The notes below the pieces were generated by a model. That model was not told the DNA's origin and did not search any database. It saw nothing but the letters and a program-made list of their open reading frames with translations. The translations under genes were made by a program, and so were the position numbers. DNA of 64,000 nucleotides from an uncultured Bacilli bacterium (GTDB lineage Bacteria; Bacillota_I; Bacilli_A; RF39; UBA660). Location: positions 33,252-97,251 of the forward strand of contig CAKOJQ010000003.1 of NCBI GenBank assembly GCA_934090795.1, written 5' to 3'. This document shows positions 1 to 10,326 of the stretch, one piece after another; the first letter of the stretch is position 1; each line of letters begins with the position of its first letter.

Positions 1-398
1 AACTTCTTTTTATGATCTTCATTAAAATAACCAAGTTCACTAAGTTCTTTCTTTAAAGCTTCAAACATTAAATAAAGATTACCTAAACCATCATTAGTCA
101 TCTCTTCAACATAAATTTGATATTGTCCTGTAGGCGGATATAAAGAAACCTTACCACAAACAAGAACTTTCATTCCATCTTCAGGTGCAAAATTTAATTT
201 AGATGCATTAAAAGAAAACATAACCGCATTTATTCTTGATTCTTCATCTTTTAAAGTAAAATATAAATGTCCTCTAGTATGTCCCTTAAAATTAGATACC
301 TCACCCTTTAAATATACTTTTTGAATATTAGGATCAGTATCAAATTTATTTTTAAGATATCTATTTAAAGTACCTACTGTAATATATCTTCTTTCCAT
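1..398 (-). CDS. xseA: Exodeoxyribonuclease VII large subunit, N-terminal 132 codons; gene continues past the window start (3' partial)
   Basis: Reverse-complement translation from the ATG at 396-398 gives MERRYITVGTLNRYLKNKFDTDPNIQKVYLKGEVSNFKGHTRGHLYFTLKDEESRINAVMF..., matching the XseA OB-fold N-terminus (B. subtilis TVSALTKYIKRKFDVDP...HTRGHIYFTLKDE). The start overlaps the nusB stop by 1 nt. No ORF-track entry because it is truncated. Confidence 0.7.
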   Translation of the reverse strand, partial: MERRYITVGTLNRYLKNKFDTDPNIQKVYLKGEVSNFKGHTRGHLYFTLKDEESRINAVMFSFNASKLNFAPEDGMKVLVCGKVSLYPPTGQYQIYVEEMTNDGLGNLYLMFEALKKELSELGYFNEDHKKK

Positions 399-790
399 TA
401 CTCGTTTATAATCCTATCTAAACAAGCATTAATCATCTTTCTAACTGCATCATCACTATATTTCTTAGCAAGTTCTAAAGCCTCATTAATAACCACGATA
501 TTAGGTGTATCCATATATTTTATTTCATATATAGCCATTCTAAGAATAGCACCACCTGTTAAATCTAATCTATCAATTGTCCAATCTTTTAAATATTCAT
601 TTGCAATATTAGTTAATTCATCAAAATTAGTAACAATCCCATAAACCATATCTTTAACAAACTCATTATCTATCTCAACATTTTCTTTAATAACATCATC
701 TACATCATAACTCATTTTATTATTCTTATATAAAGTTATTTGATAAATAATAGTCATTATTTTTTCTCTTAATTCACTTCTACTTGCCAT
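398..790 (-). CDS. nusB: Transcription antitermination factor NusB
   Basis: 130 aa. The N-terminal RSELREK... and C-terminal ...DAVRKMINACLDRI are typical of NusB. nusB-xseA adjacency as in Bacillus. Confidence 0.8.
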   Translation of the reverse strand: MASRSELREKIMTIIYQITLYKNNKMSYDVDDVIKENVEIDNEFVKDMVYGIVTNFDELTNIANEYLKDWTIDRLDLTGGAILRMAIYEIKYMDTPNIVVINEALELAKKYSDDAVRKMINACLDRIINE

Positions 791-917
791 ATATAAACCT
801 CTTTCTTAAGTAATTATAACACGTCTAAATTAAATAATATATAATAAAATTTCAAATAAAAAGAAATATTAATTGTTATCTTTTAACTTCAATATTTCTT
901 CGATTAATTCTAAACAA

Positions 918-1709
918 TTATCTTCTTTCATTAATCATTATAAGTGATTTTTCAACATGTTTATTTTCATCACTTAAACTTTTATTAATTATTATCTCTA
1001 ATTTATTAATACCACTTTTATATTTATATAAAACCTCTTCAATATCTATATCTAATAATGAAGCTATTTCTTCAAATTTAAAAGTTCTTCCTTTAAATAA
1101 GCCTAACACTAAACCGATAATTATTGTTTCTTCACTAGTTAATGAATTAAAATTTAACTTTGAATTATTAAGTATTGAATATAAATTAAAATCTTTTAAA
1201 TTTTGTCCATTCAATCTAGCAAGTTCATAAATTATATTAGAATTATTAATTCCTTGAAACATATCATTAACAACATATTTTTTAATTATATCTTCACTTA
1301 ATAAACCAGCAGATTTAACAAATAAACTAGATTCAAACTCTAAAATAGATTCATTTATCTGCCATTTAACAGGTCTAATTTCTATCCAATTACGTTTATT
1401 ATCCTCTAAATTATTTACACATACATACTTAATATTGTTATACATTATAACAGGATACTTATTAAATTTAACTTCCCCACTTAATGTATTTTGTGGAATA
1501 TTATAAAAATCATTAGTTATATGTTTACCGCCTTTTTTATTTAACTTTGATTGCATCATACTATCTGTAATAACTAAAGGATATTCACCTAAATAAACAA
1601 AACCTTTATTTCCTATAAAAGGTTTAATTAAATTAATTAAATTATCATCAACTTCTATTACCAATTTACGATTTCTATCTTCCAAATAAACATTTTTAAT
1701 ATAATTCAT
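918..1709 (-). CDS. Hypothetical protein with C-terminal sigma-70 region-4-like HTH; probable start MNYIKNVYL
   Basis: ORF 918..1745. The internal ATG at 1707-1709 is preceded by AAAGGAAGTG (RBS, ~8 nt spacing). C-terminal FKFEEIASLLDIDIEEVLYKYKSGINKL is HTH-like. No family recognised. Confidence 0.35.
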   Translation of the reverse strand: MNYIKNVYLEDRNRKLVIEVDDNLINLIKPFIGNKGFVYLGEYPLVITDSMMQSKLNKKGGKHITNDFYNIPQNTLSGEVKFNKYPVIMYNNIKYVCVNNLEDNKRNWIEIRPVKWQINESILEFESSLFVKSAGLLSEDIIKKYVVNDMFQGINNSNIIYELARLNGQNLKDFNLYSILNNSKLNFNSLTSEETIIIGLVLGLFKGRTFKFEEIASLLDIDIEEVLYKYKSGINKLEIIINKSLSDENKHVEKSLIMINERR

Positions 1710-1768
1710 AATAACACTTCCTTTAAACCTCACATATAATAACACTATTACTAATTATTTACTAGTTT

Positions 1769-3673
1769 TTATTTCAAATTATTATAAACAAACTCACTAA
1801 CCTTATTAGCAACATGAGCATTTATTGGATATTTATAAGAACTAAAACTATTTTGATATTTAATATTTGGACTTACTATAACTAAAGAAAATTTAGGTTT
1901 TTCTATTGGAGCATACATAACATATGATGTATTTATTACACCAATAGTTCCCAAGATAGCTTCTGCAGTTCCTGTTTTACCAGCTGATGTAAACTTATGA
2001 TTAGTATAATAATACCCTGTACCGCTTTTATTTACTTCCATAAAGCCTTCTCTAATTCGATTTAAATAATAATCACTAACTGGTACATCATTATATACCT
2101 CATTTACATTTTCATAATAAATACTTCCATCATTATTTAAAACATATTTAAGTAAAGACATTCTTCTTCTTTTTCCACTTGCAATAGTGTTAATATAACT
2201 AGTAAGCTGTATAGGCGTATATGTATCATATTGTCCAATTGAATAATTTAAAAGTAAATCACTTGAAATAATATTTCCTTTAACACCACTAGATTCCTTA
2301 TTTAAATCAATATTAGTTAAAGTCCCTAAACCATAATCTTTAAATACATTACGATACTTATTAAAATCTTCATCGCTAGCTAATAAATTCATATTTCTTA
2401 CATATTCATTACCAGTTACTTTAATCGCAATTAAATATTGAAAATAATTACTACTCATTCTTAATGCTTCAATATCATCTAAATATCCTAAATTTTTCCA
2501 AGAACATTTTTCTCTTTGTGAAAATAATTTAACACAAGCATCTCTAACTTTAAAATTTTCATCAATTAAATTATATTTATATCCTACTGAAATTGATGCT
2601 CCTTTAACAGCACTACCAACAGCATATGAATCCAATACCGTATTATAAGAATAATCAATAAATGTATTATTACTATTAATCTTTTTTCCCACTAAAGATA
2701 TTATTTCTCCATTATTCGGATTACTAACTATTAAATAAGATTTATCAAAATATTTCGAATTAGGCGCTTTCTTAGCTAAAATCATCTCTGATTCTAATAC
2801 CTTCTCAGCTTCTTTTTGAATATTAATATCAACAGATAAAACAATATCTTTTCCTTTTTCATAATCGCTTACTAATTCCAAACAACCATTTTCTTTTTTA
2901 TACCTAGCTTTAGTTCCTTTTAAATAATCATCATAAATATATTCTAAATTACTTATTCCCACCCTATCATTTAAATTATATCCTTTATTTAAATAATGTG
3001 TTTTTAATTCCAACGGAATGCCTTGTTTACTACTAGAAACATTACCAAAAACAAGCCTTAAAGTATCACCATAAGGATAAGTTCTTTCCCAAGTAATATC
3101 AGTTCTAACACCCTTAATTTTAGTATTATTAATATTAATATATTCCTCATCACTAATATCATATTTAATTATTTTATCTTCATAAGAATAACCATTAGTA
3201 AATAAATAATATAAATAAGCTTCTTTTTTATCTACACTACTAATCATCTCATCTGTAACTAAATTAATCTTTTCATCTAATAAATCCTTACTACTAATTT
3301 TTCTTTCTTTATATTTAGTTATAATTTTATTAGATACTAAACTATCAACATAATTCTTATTATTAATATAATAATAATACTTTAACTTGTCTAAACTAAT
3401 CTTATAATCAATACTTATAATATCTTTTAACAACTTAACACTTTCAATAATATCTTTTTCACTTAATCCATATGTATTAGCAATAATAACCTTAACTTGT
3501 TTATTATCAACTAGTATTTTTCCATTTACATCTAATATTCTTCCCCTAGGAGCAGTTAAACCATAAACATATTCTTCTTTATTATTATATTTATTATTCA
3601 TATTATAAGAATATATTTTAAATACTGATATTAAAACAACTATTATAAATAAATATATTATTTTATTTTTCAT
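1769..3673 (-). CDS. Penicillin-binding protein 2-type class B transpeptidase (FtsI/SpoVD/PBP2 family)
   Basis: 634 aa with an N-terminal membrane anchor; TAPRGRILDVNGKILVDN PBP-dimer region; SXXK (SAVK), SXN (SSN) and KTG (KTGTA) motifs in order. Confidence 0.8.
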   Translation of the reverse strand: MKNKIIYLFIIVVLISVFKIYSYNMNNKYNNKEEYVYGLTAPRGRILDVNGKILVDNKQVKVIIANTYGLSEKDIIESVKLLKDIISIDYKISLDKLKYYYYINNKNYVDSLVSNKIITKYKERKISSKDLLDEKINLVTDEMISSVDKKEAYLYYLFTNGYSYEDKIIKYDISDEEYININNTKIKGVRTDITWERTYPYGDTLRLVFGNVSSSKQGIPLELKTHYLNKGYNLNDRVGISNLEYIYDDYLKGTKARYKKENGCLELVSDYEKGKDIVLSVDINIQKEAEKVLESEMILAKKAPNSKYFDKSYLIVSNPNNGEIISLVGKKINSNNTFIDYSYNTVLDSYAVGSAVKGASISVGYKYNLIDENFKVRDACVKLFSQREKCSWKNLGYLDDIEALRMSSNYFQYLIAIKVTGNEYVRNMNLLASDEDFNKYRNVFKDYGLGTLTNIDLNKESSGVKGNIISSDLLLNYSIGQYDTYTPIQLTSYINTIASGKRRRMSLLKYVLNNDGSIYYENVNEVYNDVPVSDYYLNRIREGFMEVNKSGTGYYYTNHKFTSAGKTGTAEAILGTIGVINTSYVMYAPIEKPKFSLVIVSPNIKYQNSFSSYKYPINAHVANKVSEFVYNNLK

Positions 3674-3716
3674 AATATTATTATGGATTAAAACATAAAA
3701 TATATAGGGTGATTTT

Positions 3717-3962
3717 ATGAATATTGTTGATATTTATATGAATAATTTAAGAAAAGATGATGTTTTAAATTTTTCACTAAAAAAAGACATAAGACTATCT
3801 AACGAAGAATTGGACTTTACTTATGACTTTATTAAAAAACATTATAAAGAAATTATGCAAAATAAATACAAATATAATTTTAATGATTATGAAAGTAGAT
3901 TTTCTAAAGAAAATGCTGAAAAAATAAAAAAGTTAATTAGTGAATATATTAACTATTTATAA
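3717..3962 (+). CDS. Small hypothetical protein (81 aa)
   Basis: Only plus-strand ORF in this region; preceded by AGGGTGA RBS. No family recognised. Confidence 0.3.
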   Translation: MNIVDIYMNNLRKDDVLNFSLKKDIRLSNEELDFTYDFIKKHYKEIMQNKYKYNFNDYESRFSKENAEKIKKLISEYINYL

Positions 3963-4818
3963 TGTCATCTTTTAAATTAGGATTAAATTTTCCTTCCTTT
4001 ATCATTTCTATCTCAAATTTATAAGGAGGTTTATCCTCAATGTAAGGTGTTTCTAAAATTTTAGGAACATCTTTTAATTTGGGATTATTTATAACTTTCA
4101 TTAAAGCATCAAACCCAATTGTACCAAAGCCAAAGTTTTCGTGTCTATCTTTATGCGTATTAATTTCATTTTTAGAATCATTTACATGAATACATTTAAT
4201 TTTATCTATTCCCACCTGTTTTTCAAACTCATCTAAATAATCATCAAAATTATTAATGTTTATTCCTGAATCATTTAAATGACAAGTATCTAAGCATACT
4301 CCAATCTTATTTTTAACATTTTTAACAATATAAGCTATTTCTTCTAAATTACAACCTATTTCAGTACCTTTACCAGCCATAGTTTCTAATAAAATAGTGC
4401 ATTTATCATCTTCTTTAGTTATATCATTAATTGCTCTTATTATATTATCAATTGCAATATTTCTATCTATCTTAACACTTGAGCCAGGATGTAAAACAAG
4501 ATATTTAACTTCTAACTCTTCGCATCTATCTATTTCTTTTCTTAAAAATTCCTTACTAAATTCGTATTTATGTTCGTCTAAGTTATTAGCTAAATTAATA
4601 ATATATGGTGCATGACAAATAACATTATTAATATCTATATTATTTTCTTTCATTATTTTTTTAGCATCTTCTAAATATTCTTTCTTTATAGAAGATCTAA
4701 ATGTATTTTGAGGAGCACCTGTATAAAACATAAATGTATTTGCGTTATATTGTACTGCCTCCTTAACACTGTCTAATATTTGTTTTGTTTTAAAATGGAC
4801 ATGTGAGCCTATTATCAT
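3949..4818 (-). CDS. nfo: Endonuclease IV (apurinic/apyrimidinic endonuclease)
   Basis: 289 aa; MIIGSHVHF...NANTFMFYTGAPQN...HAPYIINLAN...LVLHPGS...CLDTCH is the Nfo/xylose-isomerase-like TIM barrel. GAGGTTGA RBS. Confidence 0.85.
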   Translation of the reverse strand: MIIGSHVHFKTKQILDSVKEAVQYNANTFMFYTGAPQNTFRSSIKKEYLEDAKKIMKENNIDINNVICHAPYIINLANNLDEHKYEFSKEFLRKEIDRCEELEVKYLVLHPGSSVKIDRNIAIDNIIRAINDITKEDDKCTILLETMAGKGTEIGCNLEEIAYIVKNVKNKIGVCLDTCHLNDSGININNFDDYLDEFEKQVGIDKIKCIHVNDSKNEINTHKDRHENFGFGTIGFDALMKVINNPKLKDVPKILETPYIEDKPPYKFEIEMIKEGKFNPNLKDDIINS

Positions 4819-4914
4819 TTTCTATCAACCTCAAATATAGAATAACATATAATTTAAATTAAAGCATTAAAAAACTGAACTATCTAAGTATCAGTTTAAA
4901 TTATAAATTAACAA

Positions 4915-5401
4915 TTAAGCACATTTTACAGAATCAACAGTAGCTTTGGTTAAATCAACTGTAGGTAATTTTGTACTTTTTAAGTTAGATTTCATAGATT
5001 CAATATCAGCAAATGTTTTACCAGTTACCTCATTGCCTTCATATCCAACCATATAATTATTATCGTACATAACAATTTTAAAAGTTAAAGTAGCAGCATT
5101 AGGATCAGTAACAATAACTTTTCCTTTATATTGTTGCTGTGTATTACTAGAACCAGATAATTCATCAAATGTATAACAAGTAGTTGGGTTACTACCTAAT
5201 AGTAAATCTGATTGATATCTTGTTTGCGCATTTTTAAGCATTTCTTCTGCATACAATAAAAATGATGATTGTCTAGCAGAATTCATTTGATCTAAAATAG
5301 TTGGAACAGTAAGAACCATAATTAACGCAAGTATAACAATAACTGCAAGCAACTCAACTAATGTAAAACCTTTCTTATTTAATCTTTTCATAATCATATC
5401 C
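4915..5401 (-). CDS. Prepilin-type N-terminal cleavage/methylation domain protein (type IV pilin/pseudopilin-like); probable start MKRLNKKGFTLVELL
   Basis: KKGFTLVELLAVIVILALIMVL is the class III signal peptide with the G/FTLxE motif. AGAGGGA RBS 8 nt before the ATG at 5399-5401. No other pilus genes nearby. Confidence 0.6.
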
Positions 5402-5518
5402 CTCTTTCTTATTATTACAATATAATTGTACAAAAAAGAAGATATTATGTCAATTGAATTACTTTAATAAATTAAAATATAATTTAAACTATCTACATTA
5501 ATAATATACAAATTTAAA

Positions 5519-6733
5519 TTATATTTTCCATTTACCATTTTCCATTAATAATATTTTTTTCTTAGATTTTGTTTCTGCTTCTACAAAAACACTGTCATTT
5601 CCAAATACAAAATCATTATGCTCTCTAGATGTATTATATCGATAATATCTGGCTCCTTTTTCTTCTATTTTTTTCTTATCTACTCCAATACACTCTTCAA
5701 TAGAATTTCCTAAAGCAAAATGACAACCAGTATTTTCATCAAGTACTACTGAATCGAAAAATTCATTAAACTGTGCCAAAGGCGAATCTTGAGATACAAG
5801 TGCAATTTCTCCAATTCTGTTCATTTGATTTCGCTCATTTAATAACATAGCAATAAATGATTTACTATTAGATTTACAATTAATTAATCTTCCTCTAGTA
5901 AATTCAAATGTAGCATTTTCTATCATATCATCATAATAAAATCTGCTTTTTTTAGATAACACTATTTTACCTTCTGCAGAATAGCAATTGGGAGAAGTAT
6001 ATATTTCATAAGAAGGATAATTATCAAAATTAAAAATGCCATTATAATTATAAGATGTACAGCACCAAATTGAATGTGGATTTAACGATATTCTAAAATC
6101 TGTTCCCAAATTTGTGCAAAAATTTAATTTTCTAATATTCATCCTATTCAATTCGTTCATTAAATTTATTCTATTTTCCATCTCTCTTTTTTCTTCTGAT
6201 GAATTCAAAAAAATTCTATTAATTTTGATCCATAAATTATCTAAATCTTCTTTACTTCCAAACAATCCTTCTGCCCATTCTCTATTAGGACATATTGTTA
6301 ATGTCTGATCACAACCGGATAAATTTTCCATTTTATTAAAAACTTCTTTATTACTTTCTTTCAAACATCTATAGTATTTTATGACATAATCACTAAAATA
6401 AACATCAGAAAAATCAGTTACAGTGTTTTGAAAATAAATACATTTAACATTACCAATTGGTTCTAAAAATTTTGGTATAAACATTTCCATTTCTTTTTCT
6501 GATGGATTTGAATCATAAAAAGCTTTAATTTTGTCATAATCAAAATCCATAAATATAACATTTTTAATATGATATTCATCTTTTAATTCTTCTATAATAG
6601 GTTTTATTTCATCTAAACTAAAACTTGCATAAAAAATAATCGTAGAATAATTTTGATTATTTAAACTAATATCCAATATTCTTCGCAAATAATTTTTCTT
6701 TAAATTTAACATTTCCATATTCATATATAACAT
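5519..6733 (-). CDS. Putative M29-family aminopeptidase (AmpS/PepS-like)
   Basis: ~400 aa with size and C-terminal motifs (GEIALV..., CHFALGNS) resembling the thermophilic metalloprotease M29 family. Not certain. Confidence 0.45.
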   Translation of the reverse strand: MLYMNMEMLNLKKNYLRRILDISLNNQNYSTIIFYASFSLDEIKPIIEELKDEYHIKNVIFMDFDYDKIKAFYDSNPSEKEMEMFIPKFLEPIGNVKCIYFQNTVTDFSDVYFSDYVIKYYRCLKESNKEVFNKMENLSGCDQTLTICPNREWAEGLFGSKEDLDNLWIKINRIFLNSSEEKREMENRINLMNELNRMNIRKLNFCTNLGTDFRISLNPHSIWCCTSYNYNGIFNFDNYPSYEIYTSPNCYSAEGKIVLSKKSRFYYDDMIENATFEFTRGRLINCKSNSKSFIAMLLNERNQMNRIGEIALVSQDSPLAQFNEFFDSVVLDENTGCHFALGNSIEECIGVDKKKIEEKGARYYRYNTSREHNDFVFGNDSVFVEAETKSKKKILLMENGKWKI

Positions 6734-6816
6734 TCTCCATAAAGTTAAAAAATATTATAGTATGAAACATATCAAAATTTCAAGCATTAAATACAATCAT
6801 TAAATTAAAAATAAAT

Positions 6817-7038
6817 CTATTTTAATATTTTCAAAATGCTATTTACAGTATCTACCGTTTCTAATATATTATTAGTTTTATTTATTTTATCGTTTTTCTT
6901 AAAATTCTTATATGAATTTAAAAATTCTTTATAGTAACTACTGCCCCTATTTAAATATTTATACCAATATGAATTATTATTTATATATTCTTTTAATTTA
7001 GGATCACTATTAATTTTAATTAAAATATCAGCTTTCAT
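6817..7038 (-). CDS. Small hypothetical protein, YlbE-like (PKLKEYIxxxxYWYKYLNR motif)
   Basis: 73 aa; resembles Bacillus YlbE-family small proteins. Stop overlaps the next gene's start. Confidence 0.3.
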   Translation of the reverse strand: MKADILIKINSDPKLKEYINNNSYWYKYLNRGSSYYKEFLNSYKNFKKNDKINKTNNILETVDTVNSILKILK

Positions 7039-7421
7039 TAATCACCAAAAAATTTATTTATTACTCTAGGTGTTTTAGCAATAGTTTGAACTGTATCTGT
7101 ACTTGTTTTTTTAGCTGTTAACTCACTAATTACATTAATTGCTTTTTGAGCATTATTAATATATTTTTGTACATTATCTATATTTATATTTTTAACTAAA
7201 TTGGTTAATTCCGTAATGGAAGCATTTTTTCGATCATCACTTTCAATATTATCTTTATTTTCCTTATATTTTTCCCATACACTTTCATCTTTACCATACA
7301 AATCATATACCTCATAAAAATCTTGCCATGTATATTCTTTACTTTTTACATAATCAACCAGTTCCGGTTTACTTTTAATAAATTCTTTAAATTCATCTTT
7401 TTTATCCATAAATAAAACCAC
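7038..7421 (-). CDS. Hypothetical acidic/lysine-rich protein (possibly YlbD-like)
   Basis: 127 aa; co-oriented and overlapping with the YlbE-like ORF. No motif recognised. Confidence 0.3.
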   Translation of the reverse strand: MVLFMDKKDEFKEFIKSKPELVDYVKSKEYTWQDFYEVYDLYGKDESVWEKYKENKDNIESDDRKNASITELTNLVKNINIDNVQKYINNAQKAINVISELTAKKTSTDTVQTIAKTPRVINKFFGD

Positions 7422-7456
7422 CTAATATAATATATTAATTAAGTGGTCTTATAATT

Positions 7457-9943
7457 CTATAATTTAAAATCATCAATGAAATTATCAATAGTTAATTCTT
7501 GATTAGTATTTTCTTCTTTATTTACTGCAAAAGAATTTTCATCAATATTTTTCATATTTTTAATAACAAATACATTACTTACATTTAATTTAGTGTAAAC
7601 ACTTCCGGTTGACTGAACATCCATTATTGGAATATCACTATTTTTTAATATGTTTGTATCTTCTCCCGTAATATATCCAATCTCATCTTTACTATTAGTT
7701 AAGAACGCAAAAGATATTTCATACTTAGTTGATTTAACTTTCTTAAGTAAACTAGATCCTCTCTTAGCTCTTGATAAGAAACTTAAGTCTTTTAATTTAA
7801 CTCTCTTAGCCGTCTTTTGATTTGTAAATACATCTAAATATTCATCACTATCGTTATATGTTGTGCCTAAAATAACAAAATCATCTTTTAAGTTAATTCC
7901 CTTAACTCCCGCAGCTTTTGGACTAACTATTGGCACTTCATTAACATTATAATTTAAATAATATCCATCACTAGTAACAATCATCACATTTTCTTTATTT
8001 AAACTTGTACTTACTATTTCATCATCTTCTTTAAGTTTCATAGCCGTATATGGTTTATTATATCTTGATACTATAAAATCATTTAAATTACATCTTTTAA
8101 CCATACCATTTTTAGTAAATAATGAAATAATTGGATTTACTTGCTCTTCATCAATAACATAAGAAGATATTACTCTATCATCAGATGGTATAGTAACAAT
8201 ATTACTTACGTGTTTACCTAAGTCTTTCCACTTACATACTGGTATTTCATGAACAGGAATATATAAATAATTTCCTTTAGCAGTAATAATACATAGCTTA
8301 TTAATCGTATTAGTTTTATAATAAGAAATAACATAATCGCCAGGTTTAACTAGAGTATCTTCATCATCAGATTTACTCTTTAAGGAAACTCTCTTAATAT
8401 AACCATCTTTAGTTAAAATAACAATAACATCTTCTCTAGGAATTAAATCTTTTTCATCAATTTTAATTTCTTTAACTTCACTTCTAATTTCCGTCTTACG
8501 AGGCATTCCATATTCTTTTTTAATTCTTCTAAGTTCTTCTTTAATCACTGCTTTTAATTTATTTTCATCACTTAAAATTAATTTAAGTTCATTAATAATC
8601 TTTCTTAAATTATCTAACTTTTCATTTAAAATAGTTATATCTGTATTAGTTAATCTATATAATTGTAACATAACTATTGCTGTTGCTTGTTCTTCAGTAA
8701 AATCGAACCTCTTAACTAAATTTGTAATCGCATCTGGTTTATTTTTACTTTCTCTAATACAAGCAATTACTTCATCTAAAATGCTTATAGCTTTAACTAA
8801 GCCTTCAGTAATATGCATTTCTTTTAAAGCAAAATCTAAATCAAATTTAGTTCTTTTAGTAATAACATCTTTTTGATGTTCAATATAAGCATCAATTATA
8901 GGAATAATACCAAGTAATCTAGGTCTTCTTTTATCAATACAAACCATATTATAATTATATGTTGTTTGTAATTCAGTATTTTTAAGTAAATATTTTAATA
9001 TTAAATCTTTATTAGCACCTGCTTTAATATCGATAACAATACGAATTGAAGAATCTTTATCTGATTCATCTCTAACCTCTGCTATACCATCTATCTTTTT
9101 ATCATATCTAATATCGTCTATTTTTTTAACTAATAATTGTTTATTAACATCAAAAGGAATCTCAGTAATAATTATCTGCTCTTTACCTTTATTCTTTTCA
9201 AAAGAATATTTACTAGTAACAATTAATTTGCCTCTTCCAGTTTTAAAAGCTTCTTTAATACCATCTATACCTTCAACAATTGCCCCAGTTGGAAAATCAG
9301 GTCCTTTTATTATTTCAAAAATAGAATCTTCATGACAATTAGGACTATCTATTCTTTTAATAACAGCATCACATACCTCAATTAAATTATGTGGTGGAAT
9401 ATTTGTTGCATATCCTGCTGATATACCACTTGTACCATTAACTAAAAGATTAGGAAATTTTGCTGGTAACACAGTTGGTTCCATTAAAGTATCAGAATAG
9501 TTAGGAGCCATAACAACTGTATCTTTATCAATATCTTTTAATAATTCTTCACTTATTTTAGCAAGTCTACATTCAGTATAACGATAAGCAGCTGGTCCAT
9601 CACCATCAATAGAACCATTATTTCCATCTACTTCAATTAAAATATGATTTTGTTTCCAACTCTGACTCATTCTAATTAATGCTTCATAAACAGATGAATC
9701 GCCATGAGGATGATATTTACCTAATACATTACCAACCGCATTAGCACACTTTTTAAATTGTTTATCATATGTATTTTTATCACGATACATAGCATATATA
9801 ATTCTTCTTTGAACTGGTTTTAAACCATCTCTAACATCTGGTATTGCTCTATCTTGAATTATATATTTAGAATATCTTGCAAAACGAGATCCCATTATCT
9901 CTTCTAGACTATATTCATGTATTCTTTTAAGTATCTCTTCCAT
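7457..9943 (-). CDS. parC: Type IIA topoisomerase subunit A (ParC/GyrA family); no GyrA-box seen, so more likely topoisomerase IV subunit A
   Basis: 828 aa; AIPDVRDGLKPVQRRIIYAMY, HGDSSVYEALIRMSQ and the active-site AAYRYTE motif. No QRRGGKG GyrA box in the C-terminal domain. No B-subunit gene adjacent. Confidence 0.75.
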   Translation of the reverse strand: MEEILKRIHEYSLEEIMGSRFARYSKYIIQDRAIPDVRDGLKPVQRRIIYAMYRDKNTYDKQFKKCANAVGNVLGKYHPHGDSSVYEALIRMSQSWKQNHILIEVDGNNGSIDGDGPAAYRYTECRLAKISEELLKDIDKDTVVMAPNYSDTLMEPTVLPAKFPNLLVNGTSGISAGYATNIPPHNLIEVCDAVIKRIDSPNCHEDSIFEIIKGPDFPTGAIVEGIDGIKEAFKTGRGKLIVTSKYSFEKNKGKEQIIITEIPFDVNKQLLVKKIDDIRYDKKIDGIAEVRDESDKDSSIRIVIDIKAGANKDLILKYLLKNTELQTTYNYNMVCIDKRRPRLLGIIPIIDAYIEHQKDVITKRTKFDLDFALKEMHITEGLVKAISILDEVIACIRESKNKPDAITNLVKRFDFTEEQATAIVMLQLYRLTNTDITILNEKLDNLRKIINELKLILSDENKLKAVIKEELRRIKKEYGMPRKTEIRSEVKEIKIDEKDLIPREDVIVILTKDGYIKRVSLKSKSDDEDTLVKPGDYVISYYKTNTINKLCIITAKGNYLYIPVHEIPVCKWKDLGKHVSNIVTIPSDDRVISSYVIDEEQVNPIISLFTKNGMVKRCNLNDFIVSRYNKPYTAMKLKEDDEIVSTSLNKENVMIVTSDGYYLNYNVNEVPIVSPKAAGVKGINLKDDFVILGTTYNDSDEYLDVFTNQKTAKRVKLKDLSFLSRAKRGSSLLKKVKSTKYEISFAFLTNSKDEIGYITGEDTNILKNSDIPIMDVQSTGSVYTKLNVSNVFVIKNMKNIDENSFAVNKEENTNQELTIDNFIDDFKL

Positions 9944-10260
9944 CTTATCAAATCCTTACAAAAACTAGTATAACATAAGTTTCATATTTTTTTAATTTTT
10001 TCTGTCAATTTTTTGTAAATATTAAAACTTAAACTTTTTTAAACACTATTGGAAATATACCTGATATTTAATTATTTATACATATATGAATGAATTACTG
10101 CAATGTTTATATCATTTATAATATTAACACTTTTATCATCTAGAATAATAATTTACTTCTAATTCACTTTTTTGCATTGCTTATCACTTTTTAGATTTAA
10201 AGAAATTATATTTTTCATTTTTAAATTTAAATTATTTCATATGTAATATTTTCATAATAT

Positions 10261-10310
10261 AAAAAGTCTTTCAAATAAGCATGATTACTTAATTTGAAAG
10301 ACAATATTTT
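10261..10310 (-). terminator. Rho-independent terminator (bidirectional-looking) after the Cys/Thr-rich protein gene
   Basis: 11-bp stem gtctttcaaat/atttgaaagac (10266-10302) flanked by A5 on one side and T6 on the other. Confidence 0.45.
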
Positions 10311-10326
10311 TTCATATTACTTCTCA

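Noticed and set aside
4397-4615. Antisense small ORFs from the track that lie wholly inside longer, well-supported genes on the opposite strand. They are 4397..4615, 6114..6308, 10415..10615, 13520..13744, 15173..15358, 15654..15839, 28370..28627, 32176..32400, 36759..36968, 43200..43394, 57580..57768, 57823..58017, 59256..59453 and 59584..59814.
   Set aside because: Each is embedded in a gene with clear motif or family support on the other strand, has low-complexity composition typical of AT-rich antisense frames, and has no RBS. Treated as spurious.
7457-9943. Calling the topoisomerase subunit GyrA.
   Set aside because: No GyrA-box (QRRGGKG) was seen in the C-terminal domain and no gyrB is adjacent. 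ParC is favoured, though subunit identity cannot be settled without phylogeny.
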